A stretch of DNA of 64,000 bases from Leucoraja ocellata (lineage: Eukaryota), in contig JAWMAR010000244.1 in NCBI GenBank assembly GCA_036785375.1, positions 1,426,001-1,490,000 on the forward strand. Direction: 5' to 3'. A model generated the notes under the pieces. That model did no database searches and was not told where the DNA came from. It was given only the letters and a program-made list of their open reading frames with translations. Every line of letters begins with the position of its first letter. The stretch's first letter is position 1. The position numbers and the translations under genes are program-made. Below, piece after piece: positions 24,526 to 37,023 of the stretch.

Positions 24526-24545
24526 AATCAACATCAGCAGCTCCT
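24340..24545. mobile_element. Inverted pair of Penelope-derived short repeats
   Basis: GACACAAAATGCTAGAGTAACTCAGCGG...AGCATCTCT, then the inverse AGAGATGCTGCCTGACCTGCTGAGTTACTCCAGCATTTT. Confidence 0.75.
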
Positions 24546-25864
24546 TGTTGTCCAGCTTTGCCAGCAAACTCACTGAAGAACAATTAGTATCCTTGCAAAA
24601 GAGAACCAATGAAAGTGAAGGTTCCCACCTCCAAACTGTCTCTCACTTCAGCCTGCCACTTCCTACTAAACTGATACATTTGTTAAAGTTTGATCAGGTC
24701 ACTAAGGGTGATTTTGAAAGATTTCTCTCGCTGTGAGCGGGGCTCAGAAAATCAAAACTATTGTGCTATAGTCTAATTTCCAATTTGCACCTCCACTGAC
24801 TCCAGCACTGCTCTGCAGCACGAGGCTTCACAGTAAGAGCCTGCTGTGAGAGGTCAGTCCACTTCAGGAGGAATACGTTACGTTCACATTTTGTGGATTA
24901 ATTTCCACAACACCATCTGTCCACAACTAAGAGAAATCCTAGGATGTGCACGGCCAGAAAGAAAAACAGCAGTGAATTCTGAATAAAACAGTCGCTAATA
25001 AATTGAATATTTATTTTTAAAGTCATTATAATCTGATTCTGAATAATTTCCGAAGGAGAGCTGGTGATACCCTTCAGATACATCAACCACTTGAATCCTA
25101 ATATCGACTCCTTTAAACATAAAAGTGTCTGACTTTCATTTTATATCCATTCATTTGAGCTTCAAACATTTCCACGCACTTTCTGTCAGTTGACATTAAA
25201 AATGAAAAGAAAAGAAAATGGGTTGGTAACATATACAGTCGATTTCCTCAAATTAATTTTCTCAAAGGCATTTTTTCCACACTGGAGTGAATATGATGAT
25301 ACCCAGAGGGCAATATTGTTTTAATTAAAATGTAACAACAGAGTTTTGATCATTAGAAAACCAGGGTTAATACAGGGCCACAGCATTTTATGCAATTCAA
25401 TAAATGAATCTTTTGAACTGTGAAGTGAGTAGTAAAACAATGTTTAGTTACAAAGAATGATCTGACATTTAATCTGCTTGTACTGGCCCTTGTTAATTAA
25501 AATCTTGAGATATTTGGCAGCTCATGTTATCTGGTAGCGACTGGAACAAATGCAATAATTATGTCGTTTGGCTAGAGGTGAAGGAGGAATCGACAAAGAT
25601 TTTGTGCTCTGAGAAATTATGATGAATCTGGGAAACTGTAAAACATATGTTGGCACTCGTATGCAGGGATTTGGTTCTGCAGGAATGTAACACTTGTCCT
25701 AGCATCCTAGGACTTCCTAACTGCCTAGCTAATTTAAAATTAGTAGTGTATTATAAGCTGAACTTTTTTCACATATGAATTACTCATTTGAAAATTATTA
25801 TCTTATTAAATGCAGTGCATGTTAAAAAAGGTTCCTGGATTTAGGATTTGTTTTGTTAGCTTTA

Positions 25865-26420
25865 TACTCCCTCTTCTCCCCTCTTCGGTCAGACATGAGG
25901 CATAGAAGTGTGAAAAAACACACCTCCGGTTTCAGGGATGTTTTCTTTCCAGTTGTTATCAGGCAAATAAACTATCCTATCACCAACTAGAGAGCAGTCC
26001 TGACCTCATTGGAGACCATTGGACTATCTTTAATCAGACTTTACTGGACGTTATCTTGCACTAAACATAATTTAGATTCAGATTCAAAGATTCAGATTCA
26101 GTTTTAATTATCATTGTCAGTGTACAGTACAGGGACAACGAAATGCATTTAGCATCTCCCTTGAAGAGCGACATAGCAAACGATTTGAATAAAAAATAAT
26201 AAGTGTCCGGGGGGGGGGGGGGTGGTGATTGGCAGTCACCGAGATACGTTGTTGAGTAGAGTGACAGCCGCCGGAAAGAAGCTGTTCCTTACTTCATCCT
26301 CTACACCATGAATGGCTTTATTTTAATCATTTATAGTCTTTTCTCTGACTGGATAGCACACAACAAAACTCTTTCCATTGTACATCGGTACATATGATAA
26401 AAAACTAAACTAACTAACTA
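25865..26420. mobile_element. Old Rex1-like 3' fragment (+) interrupted by a younger Rex1 tail (26074-26290, minus)
   Basis: TCTCCCCTCTTCGGTCAGACATGAGGCATAGAAG matches the Rex C-terminus; the inner (AGATTC)n tail matches 43668-43860. Confidence 0.6.
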
Positions 26421-27262
26421 AAATGTAGAAGATATTCCCCAGAGTAAAACTGGTGCTTCTCTACTATCTAGAGAGAGCTTTTAGTTGATTTCTCTGTAAC
26501 CCATCATGCTACAACACGTCTTGCTTTCTCCTTCTCTGATTCTTATTCTGAGTGATTCTAGAACGTTTCTTTATTGAATAATACACATGGGGACCTCATT
26601 GCTTTTGCACCGTGTTGGATGTTAATATCCAGAATCCTAATGTCCTATCCATGTGCTCCAGAGATGCCGCCTGACTCGCTGCGTTACTCCAGCACTATCT
26701 CTTTAGATGTTAATATTCGTCGATCAGACATATGGAAGAGCAGCTTATATTTATGCAACCAGGATTTCAATCAATTCCAAGAGATTAAAAATCCATCCCT
26801 GTGTGCTTCACATTATCCTTTATACGGGGAGTGGGTTAATAGTGTATGCCTCCTGGTCATACAATGAAGGAATATGCCTGTACAAACCTAGCAGTGCCCT
26901 TTTCAGATCCATCAGCAGTGCAAGCCAACCAACTAATGAGCACTCATCAATAATAATGGAATGCTCACACATGTTAAGTTGACAAAGTGTCACTAAAATG
27001 ACTTCTGATATTAAAGATTTTCAGAGTTCAGCTTGAGGATGAGGAAAAAAGGTACCAGATGGGAAAATAGAAAGTGTATTTTGAAGTCTAATACCCAGAG
27101 TTTCAATTTTCTACTTTTTAAGTGACTGATCGCTGTACTTGATGAAAGACTGCTGTCCTGTTATCTCACTGTGATGATATTGCCAAACTGCCCTTCCCTT
27201 TAGGCAGATTCTTCACCCAACCAACTGTGAGCAAAAATGCCTAACCTGTTTTGCCAGCGTAT

Positions 27263-27570
27263 GGGGTGGCACTGTTGCGCAGCAGTAGAGTTGCTCTCTT
27301 ACAGTGCCAGAGACCCGGGTTCAATCCTGACAATGGGTATTGTCAAGGTACATAGTTGATACATTCTCCCCATGACCAAGCGGGTTTTCCCTGGGTGTTC
27401 CAGTTTCCTCCCACACTTAAAAGACATAGGTTAATTGGCTTTGGTAAAAATTGCAAATTGGCCTTAGTAAGTAGGATAGTGCTGGTGGGCGGGGATCGCA
27501 GGTCAATGCAAACTTGGTGGGTTGAAGAGCCTCTTTCACGCTGTATCTCTAAAATAAACTAAACTGAATT
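27263..27570 (+). mobile_element. HE1-like SINE, near full length
   Basis: GGGGTGGCAC...GCAGCAGTAGAG...GACCCGGGTTCAATCC head; CTGTATCTCTAAAATAAACTAAAC tail. Confidence 0.85.
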
Positions 27571-27639
27571 GCTGAACCAAAGTTCCATCTCTGGGATCAG
27601 GAATCAGGTCTCATGAGATCTTCATGCTCAGGTAAATAC

Positions 27640-27815
27640 TAAAGATAGATATAACATGCTGAAGTAACTCAATGGGTCAGGCAGCATCTCTGAGAAAATG
27701 GATAGGTGACATTTCAACCCTTCAAAAGGTACAGACTCGAAACTTCCTCTATCTATTTTCTCCAGAGATGCTGCCTGATCCATTGAGATATTCAAGCATT
27801 TTGTGTCGATCTTTG
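27640..27815. mobile_element. Inverted pair of Penelope-derived short repeats (paralog of 24340-24545)
   Basis: Same inverted architecture and the same flanks. Confidence 0.7.
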
Positions 27816-27836
27816 GATAACCACGTATAATGGAAA

Positions 27837-29911
27837 CTAGACTAACTGGGACCCGTTGGGTCTCAGCTTCACACGGGAGGACTGGTCCCCCAATGCAATA
27901 TTCNNNNNNNNNNNNNNNNNNNNNNNNNNNNNNNNNNNNNNNNNNNNNNNNNNNNNNNNNNNNNNNNNNNNNNNNNNNNNNNNNNNNNNNNNNNNNNNNN
28001 NNNNNNNNNNNNNNNNNNNNNNNNNNNNNNNNNNNNNNNNNNNNNNNNNNNNNNNNNNNNNNNNNNNNNNNNNNNNNNNNNNNNNNNNNNNNNNNNNNNN
28101 NNNNNNNNNNNNNNNNNNNNNNNNNNNNNNNNNNNNNNNNNNNNNNNNNNNNNNNNNNNNNNNNNNNNNNNNNNNNNNNNNNNNNNNNNNNNNNNNNNNN
28201 NNNNNNNNNNNNNNNNNNNNNNNNNNNNNNNNNNNNNNNNNNNNNNNNNNNNNNNNNNNNNNNNNNNNNGCACACACTCACACANNNNNNNNNNNNNNNN
28301 NNNNNNNNNNNNNNNNNNNNNNNNNNNNNNNNNNNNNNNNNNNNNNNNNNNNNNNNNNNNNNNNNNNNNNNNNNNNNNNNNNNNNNNNNNNNNNNNNNNN
28401 NNNNNNNNNNNNNNNNNNNNNNNNNNNNNNNNNNNNNNNNNNNNNNNNNNNNNNNNNNNNNNNNNNNNNNNNNNNNNNNNNNNNNNNNNNNNNNNNNNNN
28501 NNNNNNNNNNNNNNNNNNNNNNNNNNNNNNNNNNNNNNNNNNNNNNNNNNNNNNNNNNNNNNNNNNNNNNNNNNNNNNNNNNNNNNNNNNNNNNNNNNNN
28601 NNNNNNNNNNNNNNNNNNNNNNNNNNNNNNNNNNNNNNNNNNNNNNNNNNNNNNNNNNNNNNNNNNNNNNNNNNNNNNNNNNNNNNNNNNNNNNNNNNNN
28701 NNNNNNNNNNNNNNNNNNNNNNNNNNNNNNNTCAAACAAACACACAAACACTTACACACACAAACACACATGCACTCACACACACACTCACACACACTCA
28801 CACTCACACTCACATACATTGACTCACAAACCATATATTTGACAGTGAACTTTCTTGAATCAACTCACGGTTGAGCGCGGGGCTTCCGCAGTCAGCGGCA
28901 CTTCCGCAATCAGCATGACCTCTGCACTCACCGGAAATTACGCAATCACGCGACCTGTCCACTAAGCGGAAGTCAGAAAATGGGCGGGACTTTTGGACTA
29001 AACATAGTCGGACCTAATAAAGTATTTATTCCTTCCAAACACAGTCAGACCTCATAAAGCATTTATTCCTTCCAAACACAGTTGGACGTAATAAAGCATT
29101 TATTCCTTCCAAACACAGTCAGACCTAATAAAGCATTTATTCTTTCCAAACACAGTCAGACCTAATAAAGCATTTATTCCTTCCAAACATAGTTGGACCT
29201 ATTAAAGCATTTATTCCTTCCAAACACAATTGGACGTAATAAAGCACTTATTCCTTCCCAACGCAGTCGGACCTAATAAAACAGTTAATCCTTCCAAACA
29301 CAGTCGGACCACATAAAGCATTTATTCCTTGCAAACACAGTCGGACCTAATAAAGCATTGCCGTTTCAAGCACAGGCAAGGCAGCAGGCCAAATAACTCA
29401 TGGCATTGTCATTTCATTTCATTTCATTTCCAATTAAGCATTGCACTTTCAAGCACAGGCAGGACAACAGGCCAAACAACTCATGGCATTGTCATCAAGG
29501 GCTAACAACTCATTTATTGTAAGTATATTGGAGACTCACAGTTCAGTTGATTCACAGCTTAGAATGACAGTCATGGCCCCTCCCTTGTGACCTTGCAGAG
29601 TGACTGACTCACGTCCAGGCATCCGGGGTTTTATAGTCCTCCTCTCCCCCCCCCCCCCCCCCCAGAAGGGGCGTTACCTTCACCACGGTGATTGACAGGC
29701 GAGAGGACCAATCAGCTGATCTCAAGGTTTTTTAAACACTCATAACTTTTTTTATTTTTCATCAATGGGAAAAATCCGCAGGGCTGGCTCAGCGGAGGAG
29801 GACTGTGAGTAAGATGGCCAACAATCACAGTGATACAGGGTAGCATTTTTTCTAAAATCAATATACAGCGCAGACAGGAAGTGGTCAAGATGAGACTTTT
29901 AATTATATAGA
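27837..29911 (-). mobile_element. Non-autonomous Helitron-like element with cargo (CA-rich microsatellite, GC-rich module, 37-bp array)
   Basis: Minus strand: TCTATATAATTAAAAGTCTC ... CTGAGACCC-AAC-GGGTCCCAG-TTAGT-CTAG|T. Its 5' 380 bp is homologous to 5855-6196. Absent without TSD from the paralogous site at ~24317. Two N gaps inside. Confidence 0.82.
29000..29358. repeat. 37-bp minisatellite, about 9.7 head-to-tail copies
   Basis: Unit AAACACAGTC(A/G)GACCTAATAAAGCATTTATTCCTTCC; no spacers. Confidence 0.95.
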
Positions 29912-31374
29912 CATTTGCCTATAGACCAGCTACAAATTACATGCCAAGAGGAAAGAGTAGTGGAGTGAGAGCAAGTAGAAGTTGTTTTGAAAGAACAGGG
30001 ACAGGTACGGAGGACTAACTGGCATTTCACAGCCTGGAAATTCTATTTTGTAGGAAAAACTTGTGCACTAAGCAATTGAATTTCTTTTTATATTTAAAAA
30101 AAACATAGCATTTCTGGCGAAAATGATTAGATGACATTTCGGATGAGCACCCTTCTTCAGATTCAAAGAAGTCAAGTTAAGTTAACTCAAAGAAGTTAAA
30201 TCACCTCTAGTTAGAAATTGTATTAGCTAGTGCTGTCTTTATCAATGATAGTCGAGTCGAGTTGATTGTCATATGCACAATGTGAGGTACAGGTGCAATG
30301 ATAAATCTTTCTTCCAATAACATCATGGATACACAGACTCATGCAGACATACAAAAACAAACTATACATAAATGATGCATTACATTTCTAAATGAAAGAA
30401 CACTGCAAATGCAAAACATTAGTACAAAAACATAATTTGAAAAATAATCTACATAAATTAGATCAAAGATAAATCTAACCTGGAGTAAATTGTGTTAGCA
30501 ATCTGCACCTATCTATTATAAGCATCAGATTTTCAACAAATGACATTACAATGGAAGCCTTCCTCACATGAAATGGAACTTCCAGGTCCAGGAAACAAGT
30601 GTCGTGTGGCAGTCACAGAAAATAGCAGGCACATCCCTCCATTTGTACTTCACGATGTCATTTCAAGGGCTCATGACGCCACTTCATCTGGCAGCTGCAG
30701 AGCTCACTGGAGATTGCTCACACGCCTCCCAGATGAGCACAGAATGTTTATTGAACTCACTTAATGCAGGATAAGGACCCTCTCCTTCAGCCCTTGAGAG
30801 AGCCAATCTCCCGCCTATTCTTGGCAGTCTTTGCATTAATGCAGGCTATTCAACAATTATATTATACATTTATAGGCACTATGTTTGCAAGGGGTTGTAG
30901 GAAGTAACTATGTATGTGAATGTGCAGGAAATTGGGATGAGGAGTTGAAGTAAGATACGTGTGTATGTGTGTGTGTCTATTTGTGTGCACATCAGCAGTC
31001 ACTAAAATGGTGAAATGCAATTAGCAGGCATTTATAATTAAAAATCTTGCATTAATGTGTATAATTAAATTCAATTTTCAAAGGCATCAAATGTGTAAAT
31101 GTCACCTCAGGTGTTTCAGACTACGACACCCTAAAGCACTCCACACAGTAAGCATAAAAATGTCACAACTGGCTCATAAAATATACGGATTTATTCGGCT
31201 TGGCACAAGATAGTGACTAATGGCAAAGTATCAAATGGACAAAAAAGGCCATAAAAATCTATTTATAAAGGACACAGAGTGCTGGAGTATCTCAGCGTAT
31301 TAGGCAGCATCTCTGAAGAACATGGATACATGACATTTCAGGTCAGGACTCTTCTTTAGGCACTCTCCACCCTC

Positions 31375-31850
31375 TGTGGAAAAAAATCTTTCCTGCTCAT
31401 CTCCTTTAAACTTTGACCCTCTCACCTTAAAGCTATGCTATCTAATATTTGATATTCCTATCCTGAGCAACAGGTTCTGACTGATTACCATTTCTTCTCA
31501 TGCTTCTCATAATTTTATATACTTCTATCACGCCTTCCCTCAACCTCTGACATTCCAGAGAAAACAATCCAAGTCTGTCCAACCTCTCCCTGTAGTTATT
31601 ATCCCTTAATCCAGGCATCATTCGGGAAAACCTTCTCTGCATCCTTTCCAAAGCCTCCACATTCTTCCTGTAATGGGGTGACCAGAACTGCATGTAATAA
31701 TTCAAATGCCGCCTAACCAAAGTCCTATAAATCTGCAACATGACTTCCTGACTAAATGCCCTGACCAATGAATATCATACTCCTTCTTTACCACCCTTTC
31801 CACTAGTGTTGCCACTTTCAGGGCATTAAGTACTTAGAGTCCAAGACCCC
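31375..31850 (-). mobile_element. Old CR1 fragment
   Basis: ORF 31442-31768 EVMLQIYRTLVRRHLNYYMQFWSPHYRKNV. Confidence 0.85.
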
Positions 31851-31965
31851 AAGTATTAGAGGAAGAACTATAACTAAAAGAAAATTTTCAGACGAGAAGT
31901 ATAAATAAAACACTTTGTAATGTGTGTAAATAAGAACACTGCACCAAATTAAACAACATTGAAAA

Positions 31966-32290
31966 TTATTGCCCAATAACGAGTAAGAACTTTGAAAGAG
32001 TTATCGAATTGAACCTACTTTTCTTTCCCTGTTGCCCCTCCAAAAGAAAATTAATTTTCTTTTGCAAGATTATTAAATGGGTTTCCATCAGCCTATCCCA
32101 CACATACCAGACTACAACTTTTTGAAACAAATGGGACAAGGCAAATTGTTTCCATCTTAGTAAATGGTCAGAAAGTACAATCTTACTGGGACAGAAATTC
32201 ATCCCAATACATGTGTGCGCTGATTTGATTTGATAACGTGGGCTAATGGATACATCCCAAATTGGCATTGCAAATCTGGGTCAGGGAAAT
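31966..32290 (-). mobile_element. Possible ancient L1-clade ORF2 fragment
   Basis: KIVLSDHLLRWKQFALS...LQKKINFLLEGQQGKKSR loosely resembles the L1 post-RT region. Weak. Confidence 0.3.
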
Positions 32291-32309
32291 AATCAAGTTT
32301 AGTTACAGA

Positions 32310-33085
32310 GTCATAAAGTGATACAGTGTAGAAACAGGCCCGGCTTGCCCATGCCCATCAACATGTCCCAGCTGCTCCAGTCCCAACAGCCCACGTTTAG
32401 TCCATATCCCTCCAAACCGGTCATAGAAACATAGAAACATAGAAAATTGGTGCAGGAGGAGGCCATTCGGCCCTTCGAGCCAGCGCCGCCATTCATTGTG
32501 ATCATGGCTGATCGTCCCCTATCAATAACCCGTGCCTGTCTTCTCCCTATATCCCTTGACTCCACTAGCCCCTAGAGCTCTACCTAACTCTCTTAAATCC
32601 ATCCTTGGCCTTCACTGCCCTCTGTGGCAGGGAATTCCATAAATTCACAACTCTCTGGGTGAAAATTTTTTTTCTCACCGCAGTCTTAAATGACCTCCCC
32701 TTTATTCTAAGTCTGTGGCCCCTAGTTCTGGACTCGCCCAACATTGGGAACATTTTTCCTGCATCTAGCTTGTCCAGTCCTTTTATAAGTTTATATGTTT
32801 CTCTAAGATATCCCCTCATCCTTCTAAACCCCAGTGAATACAACCTAGTCTTTTTCTCACCTCATATGACAGTCCCACCATTCCAGGGATACCATGTACT
32901 ATCCATGTACCTGTCTAACTGTTTCATGAACCTTGGGATAGTCCCTGCCTCAACTACCTTCTCAGACAGCATGTTCCATACTTCCCCCCACCCTTTGTGT
33001 GAAAAAGGTATGCCTCAGATTCCTATTAAATCTTTATCCTTCATTTTAAACCTATGTCCTCTGGTCCTCAATTCACCTACTCTGT
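32310..33085 (-). mobile_element. Old CR1 3' end with a younger CR1 (32423-32888) nested in it
   Basis: (TAGAAACA)n tail at 32423-32445 interrupts TCCATATCCCTCCAAACC...TACTATCCATGTACCTGTCTAA; ORF 32580-32843. Confidence 0.8.
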
Positions 33086-33179
33086 GCAATCATTCCTCAC
33101 ATGATGTTATACACAGTTCTGCGGTACTTAGTAACAGGTTACTAATGGAGAACAAAGTAATGGTGGAAATACAAATATT

Positions 33180-33730
33180 TTACTTCGGACTAAGTGAAGA
33201 CCCCGTCCAGCACGCATGCGCGACATATAGCGTCTCACGCAGTGCACAGCGACAGACGGGAGTACGAGCTCTCCCGCAACAATTTGAAAACGGACCTTCA
33301 GGTAAGCAAACTTACTTTGAGGGCATGGTGTTTTCAAAACCCTGTTCTGTGCTATTTTTCAATAGGAACATGAACAGGGAAAACACCAAGGAAGGTCGTT
33401 CCCGTCAGACTGCAATGGACCAGGAGGGTTCCAGCAGTGGGGGGCGACCGGCGGCACCTGGACCACACACGTTGCGGTCCACAGTCACCGACAGCATTCT
33501 GAGCCGAGCCCAGCGACGCTAGCACAGCTCAAACAACCGCAGCGGGCTGGATGTAAGACACATCGGAAGTTAGAACGGCCGGTTCACTCAGACGAGCCCG
33601 ACACGGTAGACTCACCGCCCGAGAGCGGAAAAAGGTGACCGTTTCAAGCCTTATGGAAAGGCTCATGGACCTAAAGCTCCAGCGAGACTTGCTCCAGGAG
33701 ATGGGGCAAGCTCGCCAAGGGAGCACAAAC
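33180..33730 (+). mobile_element. CpG-rich 5' fragment of a retroelement (DIRS-like, tentative) with splice donor and decayed gag-like start
   Basis: Abrupt CpG-rich segment, CACGCATGCGCG, CAG|GTAAGC at 33298-33307, ATG at 33370 with a low-complexity frame. No diagnostic RT or tyrosine-recombinase domain. Confidence 0.35.
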
Positions 33731-34454
33731 AATCCTGCTCCAGTGCACTAACAAGCACTAGCCATCGCATCTCCCTCAATTGTTCTTGTTTAATCTTACT
33801 ATTGTAATGTAGAAATGGGAAGCTTGTCCCAACCAGACTGTGCAAGTGTTTACCCTCCATGTGACTAAAAACTAGAATCATATGTACCCACCCCTTTAAA
33901 GGTCTTAATTCTTACCTTATTTTTCCTTCAGCCGCAGAAGACACCTTTTTTCATACATCTACATGAACAATCTTACAATTTTCTGCATGAAATGGTTTCT
34001 TCGAACATCTGCTATGAATTTCCTGCTTTCAACTGTATTTTCTCCCTTGTTTCTTGAACTTCATCTTCTTCTCTGACCATAAACTGTTAATGAATAATGT
34101 TTACAACTTATTTTACACCACTGTCAAGCTTCGAATTATTTGCAAGAGAGTCAACTTTCCATTTTTCCTTTTATTTACATTTTCCCTCATATCCTCCATT
34201 ATACCTTGAATGTAGTCTCAATATCCTTACTGGAGAATGGAGCCCACTATTGCACACATTGTACTAACTGATGTTTTCATGAGAATGTATCTTCTTATGA
34301 TATTCTATATTCTAGAACAGTACAGTCCAGGAATAGCCCTTCAGCCCACCATGTCCATGCTGAACAGAATTGCCAAATCAAACAAATCTCTGCTTGCATG
34401 CAATTCATATTCCTCCATTCCCGGGATATCCTTGTGTCAACCTAAAAGCCTCTT

Positions 34455-35560
34455 TTAGAGGTGAGGAGAAGGGGGAGTACTTTGTAAGTAAGTTAGCTAA
34501 AATTGGAGAAATCAATTTTCATACCATTTAGTTGCAATCTACCCAAATGGAATATGAGGTTTTATTCTTCTCGTTTGCATGTGGCCTCACTCTGTCAATG
34601 GAGGAGACACAGAACAGAAATGTCGGTGTGGAAATGGGGAGGGGAGTTAAAATGGTTAACAACGGGGAGATCCACCAGGCCTTGGCAGACCGAGAGAAAA
34701 TGCTTGGTGAAAGTCTTGCCTACGCTTGTTCCTGCCGATATAAAGGAGGCCACATCAGGAACACAGAAATCAATAGATGAGCTTAGAGGAGGTGCATGTG
34801 AACCCCTGTCTCACATGGAATAAACTGTTGGCATCCCTGAATGGATGTGAGGGAGGAGGTATAGGGACAGATGTTACAGCTCGTGCGATTACAGGGGAAA
34901 GTACCTGACGAGAGGATGGTTTGGGTGGTAAGGGATCAGTGAACCAAGGAATTGTATGTCCTAGAACAGAAATTCTCAACACAGGAGCAGATGCGATGGA
35001 GACAGAGAAAGTAAGTTGGGGATAACGTCTTTGCAAGAGGCAGGGTGGGAGGAATTGTAGTCCAGATTACCATGGAGTCAGTGGATTTGTAGTAGATGTC
35101 AGTTGATAGTTTGTCTATTGTGATGGAGACAGAGAGATCAAGGAAAGAAAGAGAGGTGTCAGAGATAGTCCAAGTGAAGTTGAAGGCAGAGTGGAAACTA
35201 GTGATAAATTTAGTGAGATGAACAAGTTCTTCGCGGATGCAGGAAGAAGCCCCATTTCAGCCATGGTGGAAAAAGAGTTGGGGGATGGTGCCAGTATACG
35301 TTTGAACTATTCAACATAACCAATAAAAAGGCAGGCACAGCCGGACACCATGCCCCAGAATGTGAGAGGAGTCAAAAGTAAAGTTGTTGAAGATTAGGAC
35401 AATGTCTGCCTGGCGGAGGAGGGTTTTAGTACAGGGAAACAGTTTGGATCTCTGTTCAAGGAAAGAGACTTTGAGACTTTACTGGTGGGAGATGGAGGTG
35501 TAAAGGGACTGGACATCCATGGTAAAGACAAGGAAATGAGAGCCAAGACATTGAAATTTA
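34455..35560 (-). mobile_element. Penelope-like element fragment (RT + GIY-YIG region)
   Basis: FTMDVQSLYTSISHQ (RT motif A) and FHVRQGFTCTSSKLIY; homologous to 50410-51155. Confidence 0.8.
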
Positions 35561-36099
35561 TTGAAGAGTTGAAGGATGTGTGAGGTCTCAAATGTAGGTC
35601 GAAAAGGACTGTGGGAAAGGTCCTTGATTATGTTGGCTGCTTTCCCAAGGTAGCATGAAGTTAAGATGAAGTCAGTGATAGGGAGTCGGGTCTGTGAGGG
35701 GAACTGAGCTACACCTGGATACATGTAGAGTTTAATGAGGCACTTGGCAGTAACTGGCATTTGAAGATATTCACAAATCTTGTTCATGGGTATAAAGTAT
35801 TTAGTCTTCTTGTTGCCTTGGATCTCAATTCTTGAGACTCAATTCCTGGCTGAAATAGCTATCACCTGCCTTCACAATGTGTTTGGACAGCATCATTGCT
35901 CTCTGCATCAATTTCTGCATACTTGCTGTATACCTCCTAATCAAGTCTGTAACGGCTATTGCATGTTAGCCAATCAGAATGCTTAGTAATTATAACTCCG
36001 CCTAATTATATGATTTATAGTGTAAGAACTCGATGACCTAAAGGAATCGCTACTGTTAAATCTAGCAGGTCCAGAAGCAATGATCCACACAGACACCTT

Positions 36100-36345
36100 T
36101 GAATTCGCACCAGCACACCTCGACGTGAATGGTCTGGTACTGGTGCCAGCTGAAAGAGCCGTGGGACATTCCAGCGCCCGCCGAGGGCTCCTACTTGTGC
36201 CTTCTGGGCCTGGAGCGGGGCCGTACATCGCCCAGCGTGGCCTTAAATGGCCGTGGGACTTATCATCGCCCGCCTGGGGCTTTGACATCGGGAGAGAAAT
36301 GGTGCAGGGAAGAGAAAAGACTTTGCCTTCCATCAGTGAGGAGGA
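36100..36345 (+). mobile_element. GC-rich non-coding retroposon, 3' fragment
   Basis: ACATCGCCC...GAAGAGAAAAGACTTTGCCTTCCATCAGTGAGGAG, matching 39190-39295. Confidence 0.55.
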
Positions 36346-36358
36346 GCTGAAACTGAGC

Positions 36359-37023
36359 TATGCTATGCTCAGATAGAGAAGGGACTGCTTGCCGTGGTTT
36401 TTGCCTGCTCAAAATTTAAAGACTTTATCTTTGGCAAAACCTTCATGGTCAAGACCGACCACCAGCCATTTGTTATCATCCTGAGCAAGCCTATCCATGC
36501 TGCTCCAGCTTGACTACAGCAAATGATGATGCAGCTGCAACGGTTTGACTTCCGCATTGTCTACAAAAAAGGTTAAGACATGCACATCGCAGCTACACTA
36601 TCCAGAGCCCCACGCACCACCAGCGAACGACACCTGTTTGAACAGGACGAATTCTCGGTCCTGAAAGTCTCGTTTGTGCCCACTGATCGCCTGCACTGCG
36701 AACACACAGCTGCAGACAAAACCTCACAGCTGCTGACCTCCATCATAAGAGGCGGGTGGCCAAACAAGCAGTCCAGCACCCTGGTTGAAATACAACCCTA
36801 CTTCCTGGTCCGTGACGAACTGGTGTTACAGGACGTAATAATCGTCAAGGGTCACAAGGCGGCCATTCCCCCAACCTTGCGAAATGAGTACTATGAGGAA
36901 ATCCACGGAGGCCACCCTAAAATGCCACGAGCTAAGGAAATGATCTACTGGCCCGGGATGACCAAGTACATACGTGAAAAAACGGAATCGTGCGCGATCT
37001 GCAACAGTCAATCACCGCACTAA
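36359..37023 (+). pseudogene. Gypsy/Ty3 LTR retrotransposon pol fragment (RNase H to integrase Zn finger)
   Basis: YAQIEKGLLAVVFACSKF...TDHQP...YKKG*DMHIAATLSR and HGGH...YWPGM...CAIC (HHCC); in-frame stops; no LTRs seen. Confidence 0.88.

Noticed and set aside
27628-28842. Long ORFs of 146-330 aa (similar ones at 5351-5846, 39288-39826 and 59843-60140)
   Set aside because: They span N gaps.
29000-29358. CRISPR array (37-bp, partly palindromic repeat)
   Set aside because: Units are contiguous with no unique spacers, there are no cas genes, and the context is vertebrate: a minisatellite.
32605-33522. 305-aa plus-strand ORF
   Set aside because: Chance read-through across antisense CR1 pieces, unique DNA and a GC-rich fragment.
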